33,134 nucleotides of DNA from Candidatus Helarchaeota archaeon (GTDB lineage Archaea > Asgardarchaeota > Lokiarchaeia > Helarchaeales > RDOG01). Of the stretch, positions 7,284 to 16,243 are shown in pieces (positions within the stretch are counted from its first letter, which is position 1; each line of letters starts with the position of its first letter). The stretch spans positions 1 through 33,134 of the forward strand of contig JALGVI010000028.1 of the NCBI GenBank assembly GCA_029838215.1. The letters run 5' to 3'. Position numbers and translations under genes: made by a program. The notes under the pieces are model-generated. The model made no database searches, was not told the origin of the DNA, and was given only the letters and a program-made list of their open reading frames with translations.

Positions 7284-7368
7284 TTTTTCTCAGTGCTATA
7301 TCGAGTTGTTCATCACGGGAAGCCCCGCTCATGGTAATGGTCGTGGATTTCAGCCATCAATAGAAAAA
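7284..7368 (-). ncRNA. Candidate box C/D guide sRNA (sRNA-2) immediately upstream of tRNA-Trp
   Basis: Minus strand: TTTTTC/GAAAAA terminal stem, C-like TTGATGG (7360-7354), D' ATGA (7332-7329), hairpin GCGGG-GCTT-CCCGT, C' GTGATGA (7316-7310), 16-nt guide, D CTGA (7293-7290). Confidence 0.5.
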
Positions 7369-7585
7369 TCCATCAATAACTGGTTTTTTTACGGTTCTAT
7401 TTTGGTTACTGCGTGCAATGTTGCCAATCATCGATCAAAGCCAGTGCAGCACTCCAGCTGGGAATTCTGGAGAGCATTGCATCTAGGATCGGATCTTCAC
7501 CTCCAACAGATAAATTCAACCGTTGATCCCACGTCACGCAGAATTTGAGGTTAATGCGGGACATTCCGTTAATTGGGATGAGAGT

Positions 7586-7897
7586 TCATTCGCATTGTTC
7601 GTCTTTATAGATGATCTGAAAGGGTGAAGCCGAAGGAGTATTTTCTGCGGTGTAGAGTCCCGTCTGGTGCATTCCATTTTTTAGATTCCAATAGACAGCT
7701 ATGGATATTGGCAAATGATATTTTAAGATCGTGAATGGATATTTAAGTGCTTCTACGAGTTTGTTTGGGGCTCTTGACTTCAATGTCTTCTCGTGCAGTT
7801 TTTGAGGATCGGATTCGGTAAAGATTTCTTTTATTTCACGTTCCGTGACTTGGGAGAGTTCCCGAGACGACCTTAAATAGGGCTTTTTGTCAATCAA
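7586..7897 (-). CDS. Hypothetical protein (103 aa; frame stays open 59 codons past the TGA)
   Basis: TTG-started ORF, no family recognised; no better ORF on the plus strand. Confidence 0.5.
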   Translation of the reverse strand: MIDKKPYLRSSRELSQVTEREIKEIFTESDPQKLHEKTLKSRAPNKLVEALKYPFTILKYHLPISIAVYWNLKNGMHQTGLYTAENTPSASPFQIIYKDEQCE

Positions 7898-7977
7898 GTC
7901 ATTACTGGTAAAGTTCTTAAAATCTTGAATTGACGTTAAAGAAGAAATTTACTAGAAAAAATTGATGTGATTTTGAA

Positions 7978-8880
7978 ATGGATCTCACGCCGATGTATTG
8001 GATTTTTTGTCTTATTTTGATAATTGCTTTAATATATCTATTTTTCAAGTACTTGCGTGTGAAATTGACTTATTTTGTCAGAATGGATACCAGCAATGTT
8101 TACATTCGGGATTTAAAAATTCCTGCAGGAGATATTGAGATAAATGCTAAATTATTTTTTCCAAAATTCATATTGAACGAGCAAGATCAGCCGCGAACGA
8201 AATTGCCTTTAATATTTCTCAATCATGGTTGGAGCATGAACATAAGAATGAAGGTTTTTCAGCAATGGGCGATTTCACTTGCCATTGGCGGTCCGTTTGC
8301 TTGTCTCATTTATGATTGTCGTGGGCACGGAAATACACCTGGAAAAAAACGCCTGAATGCAAAGATGTTTAACGACATACCGAAGATTTTTGACTTTGGT
8401 GAGAAGCTTGCCGGAATAGATCATGATAGAATGGCTTTTTTTGGGATATCCATGGGTGCGGAGGTTGCCTTGAGTCGTGCTTATTCGGACAGGCGCATGA
8501 AAGCAGTCTTTGCGATTTCAAGTCCTTATAATGCAAAGTCGAATTTTTCAAGGAAACCGGAATCATTTTCCGAGCGTCTTGCCTTGTTTTTTCTTCGGCT
8601 TGCCGGCGTGAAACCGAAAAAAATTTCGGAGAAAACAAATAGGAGCATCTCTCCTGAGTTTATATTCAAGGAGAATGATCCTGACTTGAATTCTCGAGTT
8701 TTTCTCGTGCATGCTAGGGATGATGATACCATTTCATTCAAGGAATTTGAGAAGAATCGTCGTGCCCTCAATTTACCCGATGATCAGGTTTTGATTCTTG
8801 AACGAGGATCTCACATGTTGCTTCATCAAGAGCTTCTAATTTTGTCGAGTGCTCTTCGTTTTTTTAAAAGCAAGTTGTGA
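7978..8880 (+). CDS. Membrane-anchored alpha/beta-fold hydrolase
   Basis: N-terminal hydrophobic helix, HGW oxyanion motif, YDCRGHG, nucleophile elbow GISMG, Asp in DDTI, His in GSH. Confidence 0.88.
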   Translation: MDLTPMYWIFCLILIIALIYLFFKYLRVKLTYFVRMDTSNVYIRDLKIPAGDIEINAKLFFPKFILNEQDQPRTKLPLIFLNHGWSMNIRMKVFQQWAISLAIGGPFACLIYDCRGHGNTPGKKRLNAKMFNDIPKIFDFGEKLAGIDHDRMAFFGISMGAEVALSRAYSDRRMKAVFAISSPYNAKSNFSRKPESFSERLALFFLRLAGVKPKKISEKTNRSISPEFIFKENDPDLNSRVFLVHARDDDTISFKEFEKNRRALNLPDDQVLILERGSHMLLHQELLILSSALRFFKSKL

Positions 8881-9050
8881 TTTTGGTGGTTGGCAAGGAT
8901 GGAAAAATTGATGTGGTTTGATTTTTTATGCTCTCCGTGTAAATTTTATTAAAAGACATCCAGTTATTTTGAATAAGGACTGGCGCGTTTTAAAATAAGA
9001 ATGAATATATAATTTGAGAACATGAGTGACAAGACAAGGATGGCATAACC

Positions 9051-11603
9051 GTGGGACACAAAGCCCGAACCCCGATGATGATTCAATATTACAAGATAAA
9101 ACGAGAGCATGCGGGATATTTGTTATTGTATCGAATGGGCGACTTTTACGAGACGTTTGATGAAGATGCAGAAACTATTTCGAATGCATTGAATATTGCT
9201 TTGACAAAACGAACGGGGCATGGTGAAAAGTTAGCAGGGATACCTTACCATGCACTTGATAAGTACTTACCCATCTTGATCAAGCAAGGGTACAAGGTGG
9301 CAATTGCCGAGCAAGAGCTCGATCGAGGGAAAAAGGTTTTTGAAAAGATAAATAACACAAAAGTAGTGAAGCGGAAAGTCGTCAGGATCGTAACGGCGGG
9401 CACGCTTTTGGAATCAAGTTTACTCGATGATAAGAAAAATAATTTCCTTGCTGCGATTTTTCGAGAAAAGAATAATATTGGAGTTTCATACGTAGATATT
9501 TCGACAGGAGAATTTTTTCTGACGGAATTTAAGGGTGTTAATTCCAGAATTGCTCTCGTAAGTTTTTTGGCACAATTAGAACCTGCAGAGTTGATCATGC
9601 CTCCGAGCTTGTTTGAGAATAAAGATTTTTACGATTCACTCAAGATCAACCTCAACAGGACGTTGCTTGAGACCTTCGATGAGTTCCGGTTTATTCATGA
9701 TAATGCACGTGATGACTTGTGCGCTCATTTTGGAACGACCTCCCTTGAGGGATTTGGAATAGAGCAGTATCGATTTGGAATAACGGCGGCAGGAGCCATC
9801 TTGCAGTATTTAAAAGAGACTCAAAAGAGTCAATTATCGAACATCACGTCATTGCGATTACATGTTAATAAAGATTATATGATGATTGATGCGGCGACTT
9901 TAAAGAATCTTGAGATAATGCAAAACATCATTGATGGGTCTTCAAGGGGCACGCTTCTCGAGATTTTTGATCATGCCATCACGCCGATGGGATCGCGACT
10001 CTTGCGGCGTTGGCTTCAACAACCTTTAACAGTTGTTGAAAGGATCGAACACCGTTTATCAGCTGTTGAAGAATTATTTAATAACATGTTGCTCAGAGAA
10101 GACATTAGGGAGATATTAAAGCAAGTACATGATATTGAGCGGTTGATAAGCAGGGTAAGCTATGGTAGTGCAAATGCGCGTGATTTAGTTGCGCTTAAAA
10201 ATTCCTTAAAAATCGTGCCACAAATTAAAAAGTTACTGAAGCCAGATGCCTCAATGTTGAAAGAAATTGTCAGTGAGCTTCAAGAGTTACCTGAGATTGT
10301 AGATCTCATTGAGCGAATGATCGTTGATAATCCGCCATTAACCTTGCACGATGGAGGATTAATCAAGCCGGGCAATCATGAGGAATTGGACGAGCTTAGA
10401 GAAATAAGTACAAATACCAAGAAAATCATGACGAAATTGGAGGATGAAGAAAAAAGAAAGACTGGCATTAAGAATTTGAAGATTCGATACAATCGCGTGT
10501 TTGGGTACTATATTGAAGTCACGAATTCCTACAAACATCTCGTTCCAAAAGATCGATACATCCGAAAGCAAACTCTTGCTAATGCCGAACGTTATTTCAC
10601 ATCAGAGTTGAAGGAGTTTGAAGCCAAAATATTGAGTGCCGATGAAAAGATCAAGGCGTTGGAACATGAGTTATTCCTTCAGACTTTGAATCGTATCAAG
10701 GAAAAAATCGTTCACGTTCAGAAAATCGCCGGTGGATTGGCCAAGTTAGACGTCCTGAGTACATTTGCCGAGGTTGCAAAGCATAATGATTACGTGCGTC
10801 CCGACATCAATGACAAAGAACAAATATTAATCAAGGGTGGTCGACATCCCGTCGTGGAGCACCTCGTGTCGACAGAGCGTTTCATTCCTAATGACACTTT
10901 ATTGGAACCGAAGGCAAACCAGGTGATCCTTTTAACCGGGCCAAATATGGCAGGAAAGAGTACATACATTCGACAAGTGGCGTTGATTACCTTGCTTGCC
11001 CACATTGGTAGCTTTATTCCGGCAAGAAAAGCATCCATATGTATCGTAGATAGGATTTTTTCAAGGATTGGAGCGTTTGATGATTTAACAAAGCAGCGAA
11101 GCACTTTTATGGTTGAAATGAATGAAACTGCGAATATAATTAATAATGCTTCACGTAATAGTCTCGTGATATTAGATGAATTAGGGCGTGGAACCTCGAC
11201 ATTTGATGGATTGAGCATTGCTTGGTCGGTAATTGAACACTTGCACGATAAAATTAAATGCAAGACTCTTTTTGCCACGCATTACCATCAATTAATCGAG
11301 TTGGAGAATTATTTACCGCGAGTGAAGAATTATCACATTCAAATTCGGGAAATAGGTGATGACATCTTCTTTCTTCGCAAGATTGAGCGGGGTGGTTCCG
11401 ATAAAAGTTTTGGAATTCACGTTGCGAAACTGGCAGGATTACCAGCGCGTGTCATTCAGCGTGCAAAAGCCATTTTAGAAAAATTGGAAGATGGCGATCC
11501 TGTTTCCACGCACATTCCTTTAAAAGTACCATCGCAAAAGATAAAAAGGGAAGAGAAAAAAGGTAGAAAGAAGCGAGTTCTTCAACAAACGTTATTTGAA
11601 TAG
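9051..11603 (+). CDS. mutS: DNA mismatch repair protein MutS (MutS1)
   Basis: TPMMIQYYKIK, YRMGDFYETF (G-x-F-Y-E), Walker A TGPNMAGKSTY, STFMVEM, ILDELGRGTSTFDG, FATHY, SFGIHVAKLAG. Confidence 0.97.
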   Translation: MGHKARTPMMIQYYKIKREHAGYLLLYRMGDFYETFDEDAETISNALNIALTKRTGHGEKLAGIPYHALDKYLPILIKQGYKVAIAEQELDRGKKVFEKINNTKVVKRKVVRIVTAGTLLESSLLDDKKNNFLAAIFREKNNIGVSYVDISTGEFFLTEFKGVNSRIALVSFLAQLEPAELIMPPSLFENKDFYDSLKINLNRTLLETFDEFRFIHDNARDDLCAHFGTTSLEGFGIEQYRFGITAAGAILQYLKETQKSQLSNITSLRLHVNKDYMMIDAATLKNLEIMQNIIDGSSRGTLLEIFDHAITPMGSRLLRRWLQQPLTVVERIEHRLSAVEELFNNMLLREDIREILKQVHDIERLISRVSYGSANARDLVALKNSLKIVPQIKKLLKPDASMLKEIVSELQELPEIVDLIERMIVDNPPLTLHDGGLIKPGNHEELDELREISTNTKKIMTKLEDEEKRKTGIKNLKIRYNRVFGYYIEVTNSYKHLVPKDRYIRKQTLANAERYFTSELKEFEAKILSADEKIKALEHELFLQTLNRIKEKIVHVQKIAGGLAKLDVLSTFAEVAKHNDYVRPDINDKEQILIKGGRHPVVEHLVSTERFIPNDTLLEPKANQVILLTGPNMAGKSTYIRQVALITLLAHIGSFIPARKASICIVDRIFSRIGAFDDLTKQRSTFMVEMNETANIINNASRNSLVILDELGRGTSTFDGLSIAWSVIEHLHDKIKCKTLFATHYHQLIELENYLPRVKNYHIQIREIGDDIFFLRKIERGGSDKSFGIHVAKLAGLPARVIQRAKAILEKLEDGDPVSTHIPLKVPSQKIKREEKKGRKKRVLQQTLFE

Positions 11604-11650
11604 AATTACAAAAAAGAAAGAAATTAAACGTGTTAGATGCGTGAGAAAAA

Positions 11651-11791
11651 ATGAACGGCGATAGCAAATGCGTTTTATTTGAAACAGCTCTAAATGCTTG
11701 TGGAGTCACGGGAAAGCCTTGTGACAAAAAAACCGAGGAAGAAATCAAGAATTGTGAAGTTAAGAAGGGCATGTATGAGGAACTGGTATGA
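11651..11791 (+). CDS. Small 46-aa four-Cys protein between mutS and mutL
   Basis: Manual translation MNGDSKCVLFETALNACGVTGKPCDKKTEEEIKNCEVKKGMYEELV*. Fills the mutS-mutL gap in the same orientation; GTGAG upstream. Below the track's size cutoff. Confidence 0.55.
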   Translation: MNGDSKCVLFETALNACGVTGKPCDKKTEEEIKNCEVKKGMYEELV

Positions 11792-11834
11792 AAATCCTTC
11801 CGTTGAGTGAAAGCAAAAAACGGAGATAAAATAA

Positions 11835-13637
11835 GTGGAACAGGCTGAAAAGATCAAATTCTTAGATGAAAGAGTAATAAATAAGATTGCAGCGGGAGAA
11901 GTCATTGAACATCCGGGATCTGTGGTAAAGGAGCTCGTTGAAAATTCCATCGATGCGGGTGCAAGTTCAATTCGAGTTGAAGTTCGGAATGGGGGAAAGG
12001 ATTACATTAAGGTCAGCGATGATGGAGAAGGAATGAACCGTAATGATGCGCAATTATCGTTTCAAAGACATACCACCAGCAAGCTTAAAGAAATTGAAGA
12101 TTTGCAAAACATAAGAACTCTGGGATTTCGTGGAGAAGCACTTTCAAGTATCACTTCTGTTGCTCGTGTAGTGATTGAAACCAAGACGGATGTAGATCAG
12201 ATTGGCACTAAGCTCATCATAGAAGGAGGCACGTTGCAAGAAACACGAGATACTTCAGGTTTCACGGGAACTTCAATTGAAGTCAGGGATTTATTTTTTA
12301 ACGTGCCTGTTCGCCGTAAGTATTTAAAATCCCGGGAGGCGGAATTATCAAGGGTAACAGAAGTGCTGAGGAATTATGCGCTAATTCATCCTGAGATTTC
12401 ATTTCGTCTCATTCATGAATCTAAAGAAGTTCTTTTTACGCCGAAGTCGACGGGTGCAATTGAGAGCCTGACTTATCTTGAAACCATATCACATGTTTTA
12501 GGCAAATCAATTGCACGCGAAATGGTTCCGATAAATGCATCCACGCCTCATTTTTCTGTAGTTGGCTACATTTCAAAACCAAACATCTCGCGTAGAAATA
12601 CAAGCCTTCAATATCTTTTCGTGAACGGACGAAGCATAAAATCCAAGCTCATTTCGAATGCACTACGAGAAGCTTACGGGACGTTACTTTTTCCAAAAGA
12701 CCATCCAATTGTCATTTTATCGTTTGATTTTGATCCCGCATTGATCGATGTTAACATACATCCAACTAAAAGAGAAATTCGTTTCCTTGAAGAAGATGCC
12801 GTTCAAGAATTCCTTCGGGACATCATTCAAGATAAATTGAGAAAAATGAACATCATTCCCGTTATTGAGGAGCGATTGGAAACACCTGTAAGAAAGGCTT
12901 CACCGAGCCCCCAAGATGTAGCGAAAGTACGCAAGTCTCTTACATTGAGTTCCGTGCTTGAAGAATCCGTAGAAGATTTGGTCTCTTCTGCAAGAAGAGA
13001 CAATAAAAAGCGGGATGTCGTGGAGGTAAGTGAGCAATTTTCGGATGTAAAAATACCCAAAATGTATTTCGTGGGACAGTTTCATAATACTTATTTGTTA
13101 ATGCAAGATGAAACTAATCTTTACATGATTGATCAACATGCTGCCGCCGAACGCATAACGTATGAGAAATTGCTAACAAAAATGAAATCGAGACCCCTTC
13201 AAATGCAACAATTATTAGCACCCATTACTTTTGAACTCAGTCCTAAAGAGTCCAAACTCCTTCAAGCGACAGGCATACTTGAACGGCTTAAACATTTTGG
13301 TTTTGACATTTCACATTTTGGCGGAAATACCTTTCTAATTCGAAGCGTTCCCGTAGTTTTTGGCACGAATCTTGATGAGAAAGTTATTTTAGAATTCTTG
13401 CATTCTCTTGAATTAGGAAAGAAAGAATTCAAGAGCGATCTTCAAGATGAGATTATCAAACTGATGGCTTGTCATTCTTCCATTCGAGCGGGAGAACCGC
13501 TTTCAGAAATTCAGGCACTTAAACTAATTAGCGAGTTAAGAAAATGTAAAAATCCTTATAATTGTCCCCATGGAAGGCCAACTATCATCAATTTTTCCGT
13601 GAAATTTCTTGAGAAGAAGTTTAAGAGAATCGTTTAA
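11835..13637 (+). CDS. mutL: DNA mismatch repair endonuclease MutL
   Basis: GHKL motifs KIAAGEVIE, KELVENSIDAG, TLGFRGEAL; C-terminal endonuclease motifs DQHAAAERITYE, ACH, CPHGRP. Confidence 0.97.
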   Translation: MEQAEKIKFLDERVINKIAAGEVIEHPGSVVKELVENSIDAGASSIRVEVRNGGKDYIKVSDDGEGMNRNDAQLSFQRHTTSKLKEIEDLQNIRTLGFRGEALSSITSVARVVIETKTDVDQIGTKLIIEGGTLQETRDTSGFTGTSIEVRDLFFNVPVRRKYLKSREAELSRVTEVLRNYALIHPEISFRLIHESKEVLFTPKSTGAIESLTYLETISHVLGKSIAREMVPINASTPHFSVVGYISKPNISRRNTSLQYLFVNGRSIKSKLISNALREAYGTLLFPKDHPIVILSFDFDPALIDVNIHPTKREIRFLEEDAVQEFLRDIIQDKLRKMNIIPVIEERLETPVRKASPSPQDVAKVRKSLTLSSVLEESVEDLVSSARRDNKKRDVVEVSEQFSDVKIPKMYFVGQFHNTYLLMQDETNLYMIDQHAAAERITYEKLLTKMKSRPLQMQQLLAPITFELSPKESKLLQATGILERLKHFGFDISHFGGNTFLIRSVPVVFGTNLDEKVILEFLHSLELGKKEFKSDLQDEIIKLMACHSSIRAGEPLSEIQALKLISELRKCKNPYNCPHGRPTIINFSVKFLEKKFKRIV

Positions 13638-13698
13638 AGGCGATATTAAAAAAAATCTTCAAATTATCCTTTTTTAATCTCAAGATGTTTTTGTAATG

Positions 13699-15246
13699 CT
13701 ATTTTTTTTCAGAATTCTTCGATGTGTTTTTTGATTTTGCTTTTTTCTTTGATTTTCTTGGCTTTTTAGACGTTTTGCTTTTTTTCTTTTTTTCAGTAAT
13801 TACTGGTGGTTTGTTCGTTCCATCGATTTGATTCGCGGGCATCTCCGTTATTGGCTTGCTTGGAATTGGCGAGAGATCAGATGGTGGAGGAGAAATGCTA
13901 TCAAGGCTCGGGATCGTGATCTTTTCTAACTTTGGTTGTTTTTCAAGTTTTAGCGGACTCGGATGGGGAGAAATTACTTGTGGATTAGAGATCCTTTCGA
14001 GTTTGGGTTGAGATTTTGGAGTTGAGACTTTTTTAGGGGAAGGGATGATGCGTTCTAATTTTGGTAGTTTAGATTTTTCAATTTTTGGCAATGAAATCCG
14101 TTCTAGGCGAATTGCAGAAGGTTTTACCAAGTTTTTTACGCTTTTCATCTTTGGATGTTGTTGTACCTTTATGTCCTTAGAGCTTTGAAGTGGGGTTTGA
14201 AGCGACGTTGGTTGGAGCTCTTTGATGGGAATGGCCTTTTCGTTCATCAAAATGGAAAAATAAGGTAGGAGTTCGAAATCAGCAGGTGTTAATTTAAGAG
14301 TGCCACGACGTTGAACGGGTTTCTTTCGATATGATTCAAGCATTTTTTGCTGTTTATTCGTCAAATCTTCTAGTTCTTTGATGCGTTCTTCATAAACAGA
14401 CATTTTTAGATCAGCCATGCCATGTTCAGCAAGCGAGAGTTTTAATTTATTAATCAAGTCATCTTTTTCCTTAATAATATCTTCATATTTGCTAAAATCT
14501 TGTAGTTTTTCTTCAAGCATCGCAATCTTTTGTTCTCGAACTTCTAATTTTGACTTGACATCTTTCAAATTAGAAACAGTTTCTTCAAGGTCGGCGATGA
14601 CCGTTTCTTTTTCCTTGATTTCTCGACGTAAGTCCTTTATAGTCAGGTTAATTTCAAGCATGCTTTCGGTGATATTGCTCATGATTTGTTCGGTGAATGC
14701 TACTTTTTGCAGCTCGATTTGATCTCGCAGTTCTTCAATTTCCTGCATTAATCGAGGGATTTCAACGTTTTTATATTCATGTAATTTTTTCTTTAGTTTT
14801 TGCTTGGCATCTTTGGAGCTTGCTTTTTCTTTTTCTAAGCTATTCATTAGCCCAGAAATTGTTTTTTGCAAGGATCCCGAATGGTTTTTGTAGCCTTTTA
14901 ACTCCAATTCAAGGTTTTTTATTCGTTCTTTGTATTCCAATTCGGAAGTGTTTCTTGTTTTCAAAGTTTCTTGGAGCTTTTCAATATTCTTTTTCAGGGT
15001 TTTTTCCGTTTTTCGCGAAGAATCTTTAATTTTTTTTACGAAATCTTCTAGCTCACGTATTTTTTTATCTTTAAGATTAACATTTTGGCGTAACTTTTCG
15101 AGCTCTTTTTTAGTTTTATCGATAGAACTGCTTCTCGATGAATTTTTTGTTATTTTGGAACCAGTTGTCTTGTCCTCTATCGAGTTTCTTTTTTTGTCTT
15201 TTGTTTTCAAGTCTTTTTCAGTTACGGTATCATCCATTTCATTCAT
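13699..15246 (-). CDS. Long coiled-coil protein with Pro/Ser-rich repeat region and Lys-rich tail
   Basis: ~300 aa of heptad-like K/E/L-rich sequence, repeated (P)KLE[RK]I motifs in a Pro-rich segment, and a KKKKSKTSKKPRK tail. ATG 15246 follows TTG 15249. Confidence 0.85.
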   Translation of the reverse strand: MNEMDDTVTEKDLKTKDKKRNSIEDKTTGSKITKNSSRSSSIDKTKKELEKLRQNVNLKDKKIRELEDFVKKIKDSSRKTEKTLKKNIEKLQETLKTRNTSELEYKERIKNLELELKGYKNHSGSLQKTISGLMNSLEKEKASSKDAKQKLKKKLHEYKNVEIPRLMQEIEELRDQIELQKVAFTEQIMSNITESMLEINLTIKDLRREIKEKETVIADLEETVSNLKDVKSKLEVREQKIAMLEEKLQDFSKYEDIIKEKDDLINKLKLSLAEHGMADLKMSVYEERIKELEDLTNKQQKMLESYRKKPVQRRGTLKLTPADFELLPYFSILMNEKAIPIKELQPTSLQTPLQSSKDIKVQQHPKMKSVKNLVKPSAIRLERISLPKIEKSKLPKLERIIPSPKKVSTPKSQPKLERISNPQVISPHPSPLKLEKQPKLEKITIPSLDSISPPPSDLSPIPSKPITEMPANQIDGTNKPPVITEKKKKSKTSKKPRKSKKKAKSKNTSKNSEKK

Positions 15247-15686
15247 CAAGTAATATTTTGTTCGATATCTTTCTCAAGAATACTACAAAGCCATATAATA
15301 AAAAATTCTTACTTTTTTATCATGATATTCATGATAAAATAATATATGATGAACAATCATTTTTCAAGCAAGGCCCTGGAGCATGATAAGTAATATTGAG
15401 TTGCAAAAAAGAATAACTCGTAAACTGTCTCGCCTTTTTCGTGTTCATGGTTATTTAATTCAGATAATTTAGCCTGAATAAAAAAAATTGATAAAGATTT
15501 GTTTTTTAAATTGAAATTTGTGGAATTGTTATTGAAATTAAGTCAGGCGGGGCTTTTTTTATCTGTCCGAAGACAAAAGATCTGTCTTAATTACTTTTGC
15601 AGGAAAAGAATCATTTATTAAAGCGAGTTTGCTGATTCATTTTTGTAATTAATATAAAAATTCGGGACATTCGTGAGCTAGTAAAA

Positions 15687-16175
15687 ATGACTTTAGGGGA
15701 TCTTTTCAATCCTTTCTTCATCTTTTATGTCATCGTGGCGATAAGTGGTGCTGTTCTTCTATTTGTTGTTATATTTAATGAGACGCAGTTCGAGGATTTA
15801 TATTTAGTTCCAATTTCTGTTGGTGTTACGTTTGCAGGATTAGGTGGTGCCATTATTTTCCTAACGTTTTCAAGCGTGGTTTTGGCAATTGTTCTATCCA
15901 TTGTTTTTGGTATTGGGACCTGTATTCTTTTCGTGTTCGTTCGAAGACAATTTGAATCAACACCATCAAGTTTTAAAGAATTTGAAGGATTGACAGCAAC
16001 CGTGGAAATTCCAATTATTGGAAATAAAATAGGACGGATCATAGTTGATAATCCGAGTACGGAAACTGTTGAGGGTTTTCCAGCAAAAGCGATTCAAGCA
16101 ATGGGAGAATATCGAAAGGGTGAAAAGGTCCTGATCGTCAAGCTCGAGGGGTCCATTGCTTATGTATCAAAATAA
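15687..16175 (+). CDS. NfeD-like membrane protein (SPFH partner)
   Basis: Three hydrophobic segments plus C-terminal OB-like GLTATVEIPI...GRIIV...GEKVLIVKLEGSIAYV; directly upstream of an SPFH gene. Confidence 0.85.
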   Translation: MTLGDLFNPFFIFYVIVAISGAVLLFVVIFNETQFEDLYLVPISVGVTFAGLGGAIIFLTFSSVVLAIVLSIVFGIGTCILFVFVRRQFESTPSSFKEFEGLTATVEIPIIGNKIGRIIVDNPSTETVEGFPAKAIQAMGEYRKGEKVLIVKLEGSIAYVSK

Positions 16176-16243
16176 TAAAATAAAACAGGAGAGAATACTT
16201 TAAGAGGTGATTTAAAATCCAGTATGTTGATCCAATTGCCTTA

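Noticed and set aside
7309-7335. ATGA-hairpin-GA motif as a SECIS for the in-frame TGA at 7586-7588
   Set aside because: The upper stem is only 5 bp and the loop (GCTT) lacks the apical adenosines; it fits a C'/D' element better.
7343-7373. Plus-strand GTGGA-TT-TCA-G...A-TCCAT resembling a tRNA-Sec anticodon arm with an intron
   Set aside because: No acceptor stem or T arm can be built around it; the pairing is the mirror of a minus-strand hairpin in the sRNA-2 region.
15318-15337. Tandem TCATGA palindromes (TATCATGATA TTCATGATAA) upstream of the coiled-coil gene
   Set aside because: Could be an operator, but such words arise by chance in very AT-rich DNA and no regulator can be linked to it.
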